Origin: a virus
Lineage: Duplodnaviria > Heunggongvirae > Uroviricota > Caudoviricetes
DNA: 64,000 nt
Virus record (IMG/VR): IMGVR_UViG_2703718777_000015
Direction: 5' to 3' (one strand)
The notes beneath the pieces were generated by a model that was not told the origin of the DNA, searched no databases, and saw only the letters and a list, made by a program, of their open reading frames with translations. Shown piece by piece: positions 10,197 through 20,292 of the stretch (position 1 is the stretch's first letter; each line of letters starts with the position of its first letter). Both the position numbers and the translations under genes were made by a program.

Positions 10197-11468
10197 TCAT
10201 TGACCTGCCTCCTGGGGAGGTTCTGGTAGCAGCATCCAGAACAAGGCGTTCCCTAACCACGATAAAGTGCCGTCGCTCAACTCCACGTATTCCCCTTGCA
10301 CCTGTCCTGCCATATACTCACTGTGCTTTGAATAAATTAAAATCCAATCATCTTGAGCGGGCATTCGCTCACTACAGCTTATCCAACCATCCGGAGTTAC
10401 CGGAGAATTGCCATTTACCAAGTCAGCTCGAACATATAGCGTGTCATCATGGTGCTGATTGTGGCTGCACCACGTTAATTCGCTTAACTCGCCATCTTCT
10501 GGCCATACTCCAGCTGTTTGCAGCCAGATATGGGCTGGCGCATCCTGGCAAGGTGTATTAACTGGAAACTTGTAAGTTTGGCTTACAGGTTGGATACCCT
10601 GAAGCATGGCAGCGTGGCAGGCATCCTCTACGCCCTTAACTGCATCTGCGCAGTAGTTATAGCGATTGCATTCCACTAACTTCTGCTTGAGATTTTCAAT
10701 TGCTTGCGCGACATCAGCCTGTATTTCCGGAACTGGCGGAACGGCTGTCTGCTGCTCTCGAACGTCATTAGTCGCTATCGGTTCTGCTGCCAACTGACTG
10801 GCATATTTGTTAATGGTAACGATAAGCTCTTGCTCAGCCTCATCCAGACAATCACCGATACCTCGCCTGTCACCGTCAAAATCATCGAAATCGGCACGAA
10901 CCCTGGCAACCTTCATAATTGCTGACAGCACCTCACCTGGAATTACCGGAGAGTTGCCAGCCAGTCTACGCAAAACAGCCTTAACAGCCTCAATACGGTC
11001 ATCATCAACTTTTTCTACAATATTGGAATTTAAATACTTCGAAGCCTTGCTATGCCAATCGCTGGTTTTAGGGTCTTGTCCATCCATCAAACGCCAAGCT
11101 TCAGCGATTAACTCATAGCCAGTAACAGTGGCTTCCTGCGCATCACCAATCAGTTGTGTGATCTCTCTTTCAAGCATGCTTAGAGCGTTAGGCATTGGTT
11201 TTTCTTCAGGTACTACTGGCACTGGAGGGGCGGCATAAACAGGAATAACGTCCGGTTGCTCTTTATTGCTTTCATCCGTTAAAGCCCAGAATAATTTCCC
11301 GGCCGGATGTTTGAAAATATAAGCAACTGGTTCTGCTTCCAGTGATGCCAGCGCGATTTTGTATACTTCCAGATCCATTTGTGCAGTTACTAAATCAGGA
11401 TAACGATCCATAACCGTTATATTGCGCTTAATTATCTCTATTAATTGTTCTTTAGTAAAAGTGGTCAT
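10197..11468 (-). CDS. hypothetical phage protein with DUF551-like C-terminal domain
   Basis: 423 aa; C-terminal WISCSERMPAQDDWILIY region. Confidence 0.6.
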   Translation of the reverse strand: MTTFTKEQLIEIIKRNITVMDRYPDLVTAQMDLEVYKIALASLEAEPVAYIFKHPAGKLFWALTDESNKEQPDVIPVYAAPPVPVVPEEKPMPNALSMLEREITQLIGDAQEATVTGYELIAEAWRLMDGQDPKTSDWHSKASKYLNSNIVEKVDDDRIEAVKAVLRRLAGNSPVIPGEVLSAIMKVARVRADFDDFDGDRRGIGDCLDEAEQELIVTINKYASQLAAEPIATNDVREQQTAVPPVPEIQADVAQAIENLKQKLVECNRYNYCADAVKGVEDACHAAMLQGIQPVSQTYKFPVNTPCQDAPAHIWLQTAGVWPEDGELSELTWCSHNQHHDDTLYVRADLVNGNSPVTPDGWISCSERMPAQDDWILIYSKHSEYMAGQVQGEYVELSDGTLSWLGNALFWMLLPEPPQEAGQ

Positions 11469-11478
11469 TCGTTATGCC

Positions 11479-11676
11479 TCAATACACAAAATCTGTTTTA
11501 AATTCATGGTTACATTCTGGGCAGCATGTTTCGTAATCTTTTATTTCTTCACATGCCTGTTTTGCTCCAGAAAATTCCCAGAAATCAGCATCGCAAAGCA
11601 GATCGAAATTGTGGCCGCATTTTGGGCATTCAGTATCAAGTGATAAACTCCAGTAAGCAGGTGTGTTTTTGTCCAT
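11479..11676 (-). CDS. small zinc-ribbon protein
   Basis: CPKCGH...CCPECNH pairs of Cys. Confidence 0.5.
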   Translation of the reverse strand: MDKNTPAYWSLSLDTECPKCGHNFDLLCDADFWEFSGAKQACEEIKDYETCCPECNHEFKTDFVY

Positions 11677-11677
11677 A

Positions 11678-12172
11678 TCACTCTCCTTTGATGCGAATGC
11701 CTGCGGCGCGTGGCACATTAACTTCCACGATGCGCACTGTTGGTTTGTACATCTCAATCGCTGTCAGCCAGTCAGCTCCTGTCATGCGCTTTTCCGCATC
11801 GCCATTAGTCCACTGAACCGGTACACCAATAGCCTTCATCGCGATTTCTATTTCCCCGGCAATGGCGCTTTTTCCGCAACCAGTAAAACCAGAAACAACG
11901 ACAAGAACTTCACCTTTGGCTGGTTTTATTTCCCGATCTTCCAGTTCTGCAATGCGCTTTTTGTCTGCTTCCCGTTCATCAAGTAGTGCCAGCACGGTTT
12001 CTGGTCCGGCCAGAAATTTGAAGGCGTTGAGCGCATCAATATCCACACCGTAATCTTTAAGTTCCTGTTCACTTAACAAATCATCATCAACTGGCAACAT
12101 TAACAGGCGTTCCATTGCTGGAGTTGCACGTTCTGCCGCCTCACGCAGTGCCTGGTAATTAATTTCGCTCAC
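11678..12172 (-). CDS. ead/Ea22-like family protein
   Basis: N-terminal INYQALREAAERATP signature. Confidence 0.65.
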   Translation of the reverse strand: MSEINYQALREAAERATPAMERLLMLPVDDDLLSEQELKDYGVDIDALNAFKFLAGPETVLALLDEREADKKRIAELEDREIKPAKGEVLVVVSGFTGCGKSAIAGEIEIAMKAIGVPVQWTNGDAEKRMTGADWLTAIEMYKPTVRIVEVNVPRAAGIRIKGE

Positions 12173-12858
12173 TGGTTGCCTCCTTTGCGAAGCTCAGCGG
12201 CGAAGGCTACTGCGTGATCATGATGTTCAAGTGTGTATGCACACTCCGCAAACATCTCCACGCCCTGCGCCCGTACTTCAGCCAGGCATTTGCGAAACTC
12301 GGAAACGTACTGTTCGACGCTCATTCCCCAGCTAAGTGGACATTCATTGAATGTTTCGCCTTCGTGCTCTTCATCAGGTAGCTCTTTGGTAAAGAACTCA
12401 CGCTCAATGGCGTGGAGTGTGTCAGCAAAACGACGTAAGTTACTCAAACCTACCGTAATGGAGAATTCAGGAGCATCACATCCGACGCCCATCTGCTGAT
12501 AAACGGCGGTTTTGAAGGCCTTAAGCCCCGCATTCTCCGCCACCAGCGCCGCGAGATTAGTCTCAAGCTCTGCAATTCGGCACATAGCATCAATATTTGT
12601 GTCCTCCAGGCGCTTAATTTCACCAAGCAGCTCCAGTGCAACCTTTGGGTTGAACGCGGCAACATAACGAGCGTTGTTCTCTGCATTTTTCTGTCCATCA
12701 AAGCCGGTCCATTTGATAACGTCTTCACATCGTTCATCACCGGGCGTGTGCACCGCATAAGTACCAGTATCCGTCGAAATAAATGCGACCCATTCGTCTG
12801 GTGTTGCCTTTTCTGCCGCCTCACGCAGTACCTGATAGTCAATTGTCATTCTCGCCAT
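12169..12858 (-). CDS. ead/Ea22-like family protein (paralog)
   Basis: N-terminal DYQVLREAAEKATPDEW signature; start region also similar to 10197..11468. Confidence 0.65.
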   Translation of the reverse strand: MARMTIDYQVLREAAEKATPDEWVAFISTDTGTYAVHTPGDERCEDVIKWTGFDGQKNAENNARYVAAFNPKVALELLGEIKRLEDTNIDAMCRIAELETNLAALVAENAGLKAFKTAVYQQMGVGCDAPEFSITVGLSNLRRFADTLHAIEREFFTKELPDEEHEGETFNECPLSWGMSVEQYVSEFRKCLAEVRAQGVEMFAECAYTLEHHDHAVAFAAELRKGGNQ

Positions 12859-13490
12859 CCTTCACAGTTGTAATCACTACAGCCTTCAAAATCATATGGG
12901 CTGTACTGCCAGGTTATTTTTCCGCAATGCGGACAATTCCAACGCACCTTCCCGCTTCGCGACTTCTTTCTTCTGTTCTGCTCTTTCAACCAGTCAGGCA
13001 TGACCAAACCTGCGCCCTGAACCATTGTTCTGCGGTTAAAGTTATTGATATTGAACGTCCGGCGCTTTGCTGCATCAGCAATGGAAAATGGCAACCAAAC
13101 TATTCCTGGTTCGTTTTTGTTGGCGACGCTAAAGATGGTCGCTTTACTGAAGTCATCTGTTGGCAATCCACCGTGTTGAAGCCAGTAAACATCGTTGCCG
13201 TTCCAGCTACCTTTTTTGTAGGCCACATACGCAGTGCAATCTGACTCAATCGGGCTTTCTGTAGGGATGTACTGGCAATCAACGTGCCACACAGCCATTG
13301 CATCCACACTATCGGCACAAACAGGCTGATCGATATCTCGCCCACAATTCCAGGCTTTTTGGGCTTCTTCCAGCGTGTAAACATGAGCGCGATCGATATC
13401 AGAACTGTAACCATTGCCGTTATGGCAATGGAATGAGGCGTTATTACCCACAGTTTCACGCAAGCACATCATGTAAAAACGGTTACTCAC
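12846..13490 (-). CDS. hypothetical protein with C-terminal zinc ribbon
   Basis: 214 aa; CPHCG...C..YNC. Confidence 0.55.
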   Translation of the reverse strand: MSNRFYMMCLRETVGNNASFHCHNGNGYSSDIDRAHVYTLEEAQKAWNCGRDIDQPVCADSVDAMAVWHVDCQYIPTESPIESDCTAYVAYKKGSWNGNDVYWLQHGGLPTDDFSKATIFSVANKNEPGIVWLPFSIADAAKRRTFNINNFNRRTMVQGAGLVMPDWLKEQNRRKKSRSGKVRWNCPHCGKITWQYSPYDFEGCSDYNCEGWRE

Positions 13491-13698
13491 TGGATGCCTC
13501 CCAGCAAATTTGTCTTATATAAGAACTGTTAACGCGCTTTACTTTCCCGTCGAACTCCAGTTTCTTTAGACGACGCAAAACGTATGCCGTTTTGAGTGTG
13601 CGATATTTATCCCTAAGCCAGTTGGTCACGACGTAAGTCATACAGCGCCCGTGTTCTTCCAACACCCGAACTATTTCTTCGTCGGTTGGCTTGCTCAT
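13483..13698 (-). CDS. small hypothetical protein (71 aa)
   Basis: ORF with coupled overlaps. Confidence 0.45.
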   Translation of the reverse strand: MSKPTDEEIVRVLEEHGRCMTYVVTNWLRDKYRTLKTAYVLRRLKKLEFDGKVKRVNSSYIRQICWEASSE

Positions 13699-13916
13699 TT
13701 TGTCGCTCCTTCAGCTTTCTCTACTTTCGCTGCCATGATTTCCAGCTTTTGTGCTGCCGATGCCGCTAACCTGTGAAATTCTTCATCTGTTTCAACTGGA
13801 ATTGGTACAAACCTGACACCAATTTGAGCAAGGCTATGCGCCATTTCGAGACTTGCTCTTAACTCTGCTGGGGATGCTTTATTCAGGCCGACTTCCTCAC
13901 AAATAACAGATTGCAT
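13695..13916 (-). CDS. small hypothetical protein (73 aa)
   Basis: ORF with coupled overlaps. Confidence 0.45.
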   Translation of the reverse strand: MQSVICEEVGLNKASPAELRASLEMAHSLAQIGVRFVPIPVETDEEFHRLAASAAQKLEIMAAKVEKAEGATK

Positions 13917-13925
13917 ACGCTCGCC

Positions 13926-14651
13926 CTACTGAATACGCTCAAACTCGATTACCCACACCCAGGGATTAGCGTTCCAGCTTTCTTCACCATAGATGGATTC
14001 CCACAGGCGCTGGAACGCAACCTTGGCCATTGCGAAATCCCCCTTGGGAGTAAGGAATGTTCCCGGGTGATCAGGAAGCAAACTTCCAGCAGGCGGAACG
14101 CCCTCATCCCTTGCATCGCATTCGCTGATATTGTTCAACCGCTCAACGCGCACGTTGGTAATTTCCAACAGGATGCGTGATGCCCATCGCGGCATGTGAA
14201 TTGATGGACGCCACCCACCATCAAACTTTTCATTCACAGTGTGAGGTTTCCAGTCGGCATCATCGGGTATCGACCATAAACCGTAATCACCAGGCTTTTG
14301 CTCACAACTGGCCCGATAAATCCTTGCTGCGTTCTTCTCATCGCCACGACAAAGGTTGTCGTTCCAGTCCACACTGCAACCATCTTCATTGCCTAATATC
14401 GCCCATGTTTCACGAACCCAAATTCGATCGCCGACGATACCAAAGGGGCAATTGAAAACACTGCTTACACCATCAGCCCCGTACCACTGAAAACCTGCAC
14501 CAATTTCCCTAACCATCACTGGTGCTTCTGGACCAACTTCCGCAGGCTGATTTTTCATTATCCGCCGCGTCTGCGTTTTCCTTCCTTCGAGGATGGCTCG
14601 GACCATCTCATCGTTGAAAATCATGCCGCGCTCTTTCACTTCGCCTTTCAT
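13926..14651 (-). CDS. ASCH (PUA-like) domain protein
   Basis: N-terminal FNDEMVRAILEGRKTQTRR matches ASCH GxKxxxxR signature. Confidence 0.5.
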   Translation of the reverse strand: MKGEVKERGMIFNDEMVRAILEGRKTQTRRIMKNQPAEVGPEAPVMVREIGAGFQWYGADGVSSVFNCPFGIVGDRIWVRETWAILGNEDGCSVDWNDNLCRGDEKNAARIYRASCEQKPGDYGLWSIPDDADWKPHTVNEKFDGGWRPSIHMPRWASRILLEITNVRVERLNNISECDARDEGVPPAGSLLPDHPGTFLTPKGDFAMAKVAFQRLWESIYGEESWNANPWVWVIEFERIQ

Positions 14652-14660
14652 GCATCCCCC

Positions 14661-14746
14661 TTACCCATGCGCGACGATGCCGCCAAAAGTGATAGAGAAC
14701 AGCCAGAAATAGATCGCGGCCATAATGATTTTGAATGCCGTGTTCA
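14661..14746 (-). CDS. possible 28-aa hydrophobic peptide
   Basis: MNTAFKIIMAAIYFWLFSITFGGIVAHG with GGAG upstream; first ORF after a C1 operator. Confidence 0.25.
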
Positions 14747-14829
14747 TATTTTCAGCTCCTGTGATTGATTGGATACATGCCGCGCCTTGCGGCATGTTTT
14801 TATTTTCACTTTCTCTGTTTTAAAAATCA

Positions 14830-14846
14830 AGATTTATTAGAGCAAT
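14830..14846 (-). promoter_or_regulatory. C1 repressor operator (16/17)
   Basis: Minus strand ATTGCTCTAATAAATCT. Confidence 0.65.
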
Positions 14847-15352
14847 TACTGTTGATGGAGAAGCGCGTTTTCATACTCCCTGACCATTAACGTAAGTACG
14901 CCGTGACTCCTGAAAACACGCGCCACTTCAATCTTATCTTCCAGCGCGAACGCGATTTTACTTAGACCAATTTTCTTAAGGAGAGCAATCTTTGCTGGGC
15001 CGTCATTTCTGTCATCGGTGGCAGGACGCATAGATAGCAAAGGCTCAGCCCCGTTTGTTACGTGCTTACGCAACCAGGCTCGTGTTTTATCCCTGGCTAT
15101 CTCACAGCGCCCGGTTACAAACCAGACCGTGTAAACGTTAAATAACTGGCGCACCATATCAATAACTGGAGTGATGGGAGCATCAGTGTCACAGGCAAGG
15201 TTAAACTCGTTCCAGTGCTCTGTTAATGCACCTTTGCCAGGTGGTGGAAGCAAATGCAGCCTGTCTTCCGTTGCCTCTGATATCGTCCCATCAATATCGA
15301 CTATGACGATATACGGACGTTCCTGGTGTGCGTGTTTATTGAAAATACTCAA
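14846..15352 (-). CDS. HAD-superfamily phosphatase-like protein
   Basis: IVIVDIDGTISE (DxDGT motif I) near N-terminus. Confidence 0.55.
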   Translation of the reverse strand: MSIFNKHAHQERPYIVIVDIDGTISEATEDRLHLLPPPGKGALTEHWNEFNLACDTDAPITPVIDMVRQLFNVYTVWFVTGRCEIARDKTRAWLRKHVTNGAEPLLSMRPATDDRNDGPAKIALLKKIGLSKIAFALEDKIEVARVFRSHGVLTLMVREYENALLHQQ

Positions 15353-15425
15353 ATGCCCTCCTCATTGGACGAAAAAAATGCTGGTGGGACGCACTCCACC
15401 AGCATTAAAAGTGACACTGTAACTA

Positions 15426-16688
15426 TCAGCGAACGTAAATAGTGCCGCCGTTCTCTTTTTCCCATGCATCGCTACGTGCATAGCAAACATCGAGAAGTCT
15501 TCTTGCCGCTGTTTCCTCTAAACCCAATTCGACAACCAACTGCTCATGACGGCGGGTAACCACATCAAACAGGGTATGCAGCCCTTTATTGGCCAGTTCA
15601 TCAATGAATTCCGGTTCGAACGGTAGCTCTGCATCTGCCAACATAACCTCTTGCGCCCACTCGACACGGCGGACCAGTTCCGGGCGGCGGCTTTCCATCT
15701 CTTTACAGATCATTTCATGGAAGAACTCTACCCAACCTTCCGGCTGGAACTCGCGGAAAATGGCCAACGGCTGGAAGTTTGGCATCAACCATTCGTTGAT
15801 ACGTATATCAATGGCATAGCCCATGTCGCAGCAGAACTGATAAGCAAAGTCCAGCTTAGAAACGATATAAGGACGCTCGTTATTGAACTCTTTAGGCGAT
15901 GAGATCCCATAAGCCAGGAGGCGCGGGAAGAATGAGATTTGCCCTAACGTCGGATGGAGTTTGCTTGCAGGGAAACGGCGCTCAGTAATGCCATACATTT
16001 CCTTCTTGAGCGTCGCAAATTTGGCGTTTTCATTAACCAGCTCGGTAACCTCTGCTTTTTTATTAGCAAATGCCACGCGCGCCTCGCTTGCATCTTTAAT
16101 AGCCTTTTTGAGCTGTTGGTTAAGGTCGACAATCTGCTTACGCAGTTCCTGTCGCTCGCTTTTGGCTTTGTTATAGCGTTTCTCAAGGTTAAAAGGATCA
16201 AGTTTCATGATCTCTTTATATTGAGATTTTAGAGTTGAAATCTGTGAGTTCCGCAGCACAACCATCGCGGTCATTTCATTGAGTTTTGTTTCCAGCTCAA
16301 TGCTTATACGTTCGGCATTATCAGCACGCTGGTTGGCGTCATGCGTCGCATCTTCGATCGCGTCCTGTTGCTGGCGTTTCAAATGTTCAATTTCCAGCTG
16401 AAGCTCTTCAATTTCTTTACCCTTCAGACCGAGATCCAACTGCATATTTTCAGCTGCATCTACCAGGGAGTTATGGCTATCAGCTTCTGCGTTATAAACA
16501 TCAATAAGCTGTGCGTGAAGCATCTCCGCTGACTGAACCGCATTATCAAAAAAACGCGCTGTGAGGTCATCACAACTAACGCGGCGTTGCGCGGCTCGGA
16601 TGTTCTGGATAATGGCCGGGATACCGGCATTCAGGACATCAGGGATAGAAACATTTTCGATTGATTGGTTTTGTGCTGAAGTGCTCAT
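15426..16688 (-). CDS. hypothetical coiled-coil protein (420 aa)
   Basis: Central heptad-rich region; no recognised catalytic motif. Confidence 0.6.
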   Translation of the reverse strand: MSTSAQNQSIENVSIPDVLNAGIPAIIQNIRAAQRRVSCDDLTARFFDNAVQSAEMLHAQLIDVYNAEADSHNSLVDAAENMQLDLGLKGKEIEELQLEIEHLKRQQQDAIEDATHDANQRADNAERISIELETKLNEMTAMVVLRNSQISTLKSQYKEIMKLDPFNLEKRYNKAKSERQELRKQIVDLNQQLKKAIKDASEARVAFANKKAEVTELVNENAKFATLKKEMYGITERRFPASKLHPTLGQISFFPRLLAYGISSPKEFNNERPYIVSKLDFAYQFCCDMGYAIDIRINEWLMPNFQPLAIFREFQPEGWVEFFHEMICKEMESRRPELVRRVEWAQEVMLADAELPFEPEFIDELANKGLHTLFDVVTRRHEQLVVELGLEETAARRLLDVCYARSDAWEKENGGTIYVR

Positions 16689-16689
16689 T

Positions 16690-16908
16690 TCAAAGTTCCG
16701 TATTAGCTTGTGCTTCGGTCATTTTTCCTAAGTATGAAGGTGGAAGGACTACGCAATTTGTATCCAGTCCCTCACCTATGGCAGCCTGTAAAATTCTGGC
16801 TAAGGTGAGTCTCTTGTTGCGATACCTGGTGATGACATGCCTGATACCGCCGGTCGGCGTAACAAAGGCGATCAGCCAGTAGTGATATTTCCGTCGGAAT
16901 GGCCACAT
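16690..16908 (-). CDS. small hypothetical protein (72 aa)
   Basis: ORF 62 bp downstream of an operator; coupled to the 420-aa gene. Confidence 0.45.
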   Translation of the reverse strand: MWPFRRKYHYWLIAFVTPTGGIRHVITRYRNKRLTLARILQAAIGEGLDTNCVVLPPSYLGKMTEAQANTEL

Positions 16909-16916
16909 AGTGCACC

Positions 16917-16933
16917 TTATAGATTGCTCTAAT
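16917..16933 (+). promoter_or_regulatory. C1 operator-like site (14/17), plus orientation
   Basis: ATTGCTCTAATAAAAAA; may be part of the terminator A/T tract. Confidence 0.35.
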
Positions 16934-16958
16934 AAAAAACGTGATGAGTGTACATCAC
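16928..16958. terminator. bidirectional intrinsic terminator hairpin
   Basis: aaaacgtgatg-agtgtac-atcacgtttt flanked by A/T runs. Confidence 0.55.
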
Positions 16959-16965
16959 GTTTTAA

Positions 16966-16982
16966 AAATATGGAATTATTAG
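16966..16982 (-). promoter_or_regulatory. C1 operator-like site (14/17)
   Basis: Minus strand ATTGCTCTAATAATTCC. Confidence 0.5.
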
Positions 16983-16989
16983 AGCAATA

Positions 16990-17691
16990 TTATTCTGATT
17001 CTCGCTCAAAAAACGAGCTAATGAGGGGAAGCCAATCCTCTGACACTTCGCGAGGCCGCGGTTTGCCGTGGAAAAAGATTATTCGGCAGTCCTTTGGTAA
17101 TGCCCCATTCCCCCTGGAGTAACGCGCGCTCGCATATTTTGAACCAGGTTCCACAACATCGGCCTTGTAACTTACAAACCATCCTGGATACAGATCCTGA
17201 AATGCTGGTGTATCATCGCCCATAACCTTCCGTAAGAACCCCTGATCACCCCAGCACTCAGTAGTGACACAACGAGCAATCCAACCTTCCGGATCTTGCC
17301 AGAATGAACTCCAGATATGTGCTTTTACACTATTTGGTATCCACAGGGCACCGCTACCACGATATTGTGGATGGTAAAAATCCCTAAGCATGGTGAAGCA
17401 GGTTGGTGGATTCTCAAGGATTGGGCGTATATCACCGGCAATAACCGTGTCCAAATCCAGATAGAACAGATCATCGGTTATATCCGGTCGGAACAACTCG
17501 ATTTTCGCCCACCAGCCACGGCACTTTTGCCACTGGTTGATCAATGGGACAACTTTGACGCCAGGTACATGTAAACGCTTCAGGTCTGTCAGGCAAATAA
17601 TTTCATAGCCTTTTGGCAGTTGATTAACCAGCCACTGCACATCGGAAGCGTTATAGTCACCACCAGAGCGAAGAACTAAAGCAATCTTCAT
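16990..17691 (-). CDS. putative glycosyltransferase-like protein (GT-A-like DxD motif)
   Basis: [13 protein letters not shown] hydrophobic-DxD pattern; weak. Confidence 0.4.
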   Translation of the reverse strand: MKIALVLRSGGDYNASDVQWLVNQLPKGYEIICLTDLKRLHVPGVKVVPLINQWQKCRGWWAKIELFRPDITDDLFYLDLDTVIAGDIRPILENPPTCFTMLRDFYHPQYRGSGALWIPNSVKAHIWSSFWQDPEGWIARCVTTECWGDQGFLRKVMGDDTPAFQDLYPGWFVSYKADVVEPGSKYASARYSRGNGALPKDCRIIFFHGKPRPREVSEDWLPLISSFFERESE

Positions 17692-18380
17692 GCTGCACCA
17701 TCACCTTTCACTTTCATCAATGTCAGGTTTCCGCAAAATACGGCACCAGTGTCGATATACTGCTGATTCCAGAATGTCTTCGGGCTTTTCACCGGAGTGT
17801 GACCAAAGATAAAACGATCTGCGCCCGAAATTTCGCCACCAATATCATCCATCGAATCACTGATACGCTCGCGCGCCCAGACAACGTTGAAAAGCGGCAC
17901 CTCCTTACCGAATTGGTATTCATTATCCGGATAGTCGGCATGGGCTATAACGATAGTTTCTTGCCCGGTGTTCAACTCAATGATATAGGGCAGACGCTTT
18001 ACCAGCTCCACCAGCGCCCTGGCTAATATTTCCTGATCAGTGTCCAGCATGAAGAACCATTGTCCGCCATTCATTAGCCAGTTATTCACGTTGCCATCAG
18101 GACTTAACGCATCAATCATCAGCCGCTCATGGTTCCCCATCACTGCCCTGAACCAAGGCATCTGCAATAGTTCCAGACATTCGACATTTTCAGTACCGCG
18201 ATCGATAAGGTCGCCGACCGATATCAGTAAATCCTGCGCTGGGTCAAAATCCACACGATGGAGTTCGGACATCAGTCTGGTGTAGCAACCATGCAGATCA
18301 CCAACAACCCAGATATTCCTGTATTTGGTACCGTCGATACGGTGATAAATTGTTGGTGCCATCATGTATTCTTCAGCCAT
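17688..18380 (-). CDS. Ser/Thr protein phosphatase (lambda PPase-type metallophosphoesterase)
   Basis: GDLHG, GDLIDRG, GNHE motifs. Confidence 0.85.
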   Translation of the reverse strand: MAEEYMMAPTIYHRIDGTKYRNIWVVGDLHGCYTRLMSELHRVDFDPAQDLLISVGDLIDRGTENVECLELLQMPWFRAVMGNHERLMIDALSPDGNVNNWLMNGGQWFFMLDTDQEILARALVELVKRLPYIIELNTGQETIVIAHADYPDNEYQFGKEVPLFNVVWARERISDSMDDIGGEISGADRFIFGHTPVKSPKTFWNQQYIDTGAVFCGNLTLMKVKGDGAA

Positions 18381-18988
18381 TCTTTAAGAGTCATCTGCGG
18401 AATACCTCCCATTTTCCCGCATGAAACAACGTCAATCCGTTCACGCGCAGACTGGAATAACAAAGGCAGGTGACTTAGATTTTTTGGCGTGCCGCCGGAG
18501 TGAACGCGTGGTTCTTGTGTAGCGTCAACGCCCACCAGGGCGACATGTTTGAATCCGATATGGAAAGCCAGGTTCAGAGCACCATATGCACTATTGCCGC
18601 TGGCAATTTCATTCTCATCTTCGCAAAGTCCGAAATGTGCGGACCAGCGCCACGCCCACCACTCGGGAGAATTCGTATTTTTTGGCTCCATGCCACGTTC
18701 AGCCACACGACGGAAGCACAGAACGCCGTCTCTGACTTCACGTTCTTTAACATCGGGTAGTGCCATGCAATAACAAACACCACGGCGACGGCGGCCACGA
18801 CCAACGCGCCGCATATTGTCTGGCGATGGATCAAGTGTGAAAAAATAAGAAGCGCGGTTCAGCCAGTCGATGGCCCCATTGACCGCTATAATCGGCACTC
18901 CGCGCGGCGCAACAAAGTTTGCGGCGCTTGGGCCACTGCCGACGATAATAACGCGATCACTGCCTCTAAATTTATTCTTGGGAAACAT
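18362..18988 (-). CDS. MptE/DUF115-like Rossmann protein (paralog A)
   Basis: N-terminal IIVGSGPS...[10 protein letters not shown] as in Maf/MptE-like proteins. Confidence 0.5.
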   Translation of the reverse strand: MFPKNKFRGSDRVIIVGSGPSAANFVAPRGVPIIAVNGAIDWLNRASYFFTLDPSPDNMRRVGRGRRRRGVCYCMALPDVKEREVRDGVLCFRRVAERGMEPKNTNSPEWWAWRWSAHFGLCEDENEIASGNSAYGALNLAFHIGFKHVALVGVDATQEPRVHSGGTPKNLSHLPLLFQSARERIDVVSCGKMGGIPQMTLKEWLKNT

Positions 18989-19548
18989 TGAATTGCACTG
19001 CTCCTACTTGCATTCAAAATATGTAAATCTGCGTGTTTTTTGCGGGTATCCAGGAACTGCTGTTGCCATTTTGAAATAGACACCTGCGTTGGATTCCGTA
19101 GGGCTTGAGGGTGCGCGCCATGCCAATGAAGGCCGTTTTGCAGAGAACAGTCATAGCCGACTAATACCACTACTTCAGCCCCTGATTCAGCAGCCAGACT
19201 GATAGCCTGCGCGCCGCTATTTACCCCTTCCGCCGGTCCACAATATCGCCTGTACTCCAACGAAAATGATTTCGCCGCCGCCAGGTTGGCTGTCACTTTG
19301 CGGAATCTCCCTCCCGGTATGGTGGATCCGTATTGCTTCCACCATGACAAATCACCGGCGTATAAGGCATAAATGTCATCGAACATCTGCCAGGAATTGT
19401 TAACCGCGATGATTGAACAGCCAGTTTTTTCTATAGCAGCACAGTCCTCACGAGTGAGTGACGGACCGCTACCGACACAAAAAACAGTCCTAGTCGCCCT
19501 GCGTGGTATGTTCATTCTCAGCTGCAAATTCAGCCTCCAGGCGAGCAT
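18886..19548 (-). CDS. MptE/DUF115-like Rossmann protein (paralog B)
   Basis: FCVGSGPSL...IIAVNNSW; same architecture as paralog A; 3' end overlaps it by about 100 nt. Confidence 0.5.
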   Translation of the reverse strand: MLAWRLNLQLRMNIPRRATRTVFCVGSGPSLTREDCAAIEKTGCSIIAVNNSWQMFDDIYALYAGDLSWWKQYGSTIPGGRFRKVTANLAAAKSFSLEYRRYCGPAEGVNSGAQAISLAAESGAEVVVLVGYDCSLQNGLHWHGAHPQALRNPTQVSISKWQQQFLDTRKKHADLHILNASRSSAIQCFPRINLEAVIALLSSAVAQAPQTLLRRAECRL

Positions 19549-19711
19549 TCATTTCAGCGATTACAGGGTCCACTACAGCATCTGTTTCCTGTTCATTACG
19601 CGGCATGATCGATGCCAGCGATTCATAATTAGCCTTGGATGACACGATTATTCTCCCGATGTTAATGTGCGCTATATCAAATGGCGCATATGTACTAATT
19701 AATTTATTATT

Positions 19712-20290
19712 TTAAGCAGCATACAACCACTTGTCGCCGTTCAATACATGCTCAATAGCCTCACCCTTTTTAAGGCTTATGTATTCCAGGATGGCGGTTA
19801 TCGCTTGTTCTGCACCATACGCAAGAACGACGTAGTAACCTTCCTCTCTAAGCCTGCGCATCCAGGCGATCTGCTCTTTCGTCGGGGCTTTACCATTTGG
19901 TTCTTTAAGCTCAATTCGCATGCCGTGATAAATACCGCATGCTTTATCGAGACTCATGTCCGGATAACCTTTTTTCTGCCCTTCAGCCTTCATTTTCCCG
20001 GCGGTTGCTTTTGAACGTTTCCCTCCGTTAGGCGTTGCATGCAACAGCTCATAGATGTCAGGGTGCTTGCGTTCGAAGTAATCAAAAATGAAAACCTGCT
20101 CGAAGTGCTCGCAATTTCCGTCGCGCAGGTCTGGGTTCTTTGCAAGTGCTGCAAGTGCCTTCGCATGTGGAGAAACTTCTTTTACCGGCGCAAGCGATAA
20201 GAATGGATCCTTTTTGGTTTTTGGCCTGGACCGCCCCTTATTTCGACGCTCACTAAAAGCCTGAAACTCTTCCTCAGTAAAGCGCAACAC
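19712..20290 (-). CDS. VRR-NUC domain nuclease (PD-(D/E)xK)
   Basis: HATPNGGKRS...KGYPD...IELK motifs. Confidence 0.8.
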   Translation of the reverse strand: MLRFTEEEFQAFSERRNKGRSRPKTKKDPFLSLAPVKEVSPHAKALAALAKNPDLRDGNCEHFEQVFIFDYFERKHPDIYELLHATPNGGKRSKATAGKMKAEGQKKGYPDMSLDKACGIYHGMRIELKEPNGKAPTKEQIAWMRRLREEGYYVVLAYGAEQAITAILEYISLKKGEAIEHVLNGDKWLYAA

Positions 20291-20292
20291 AA

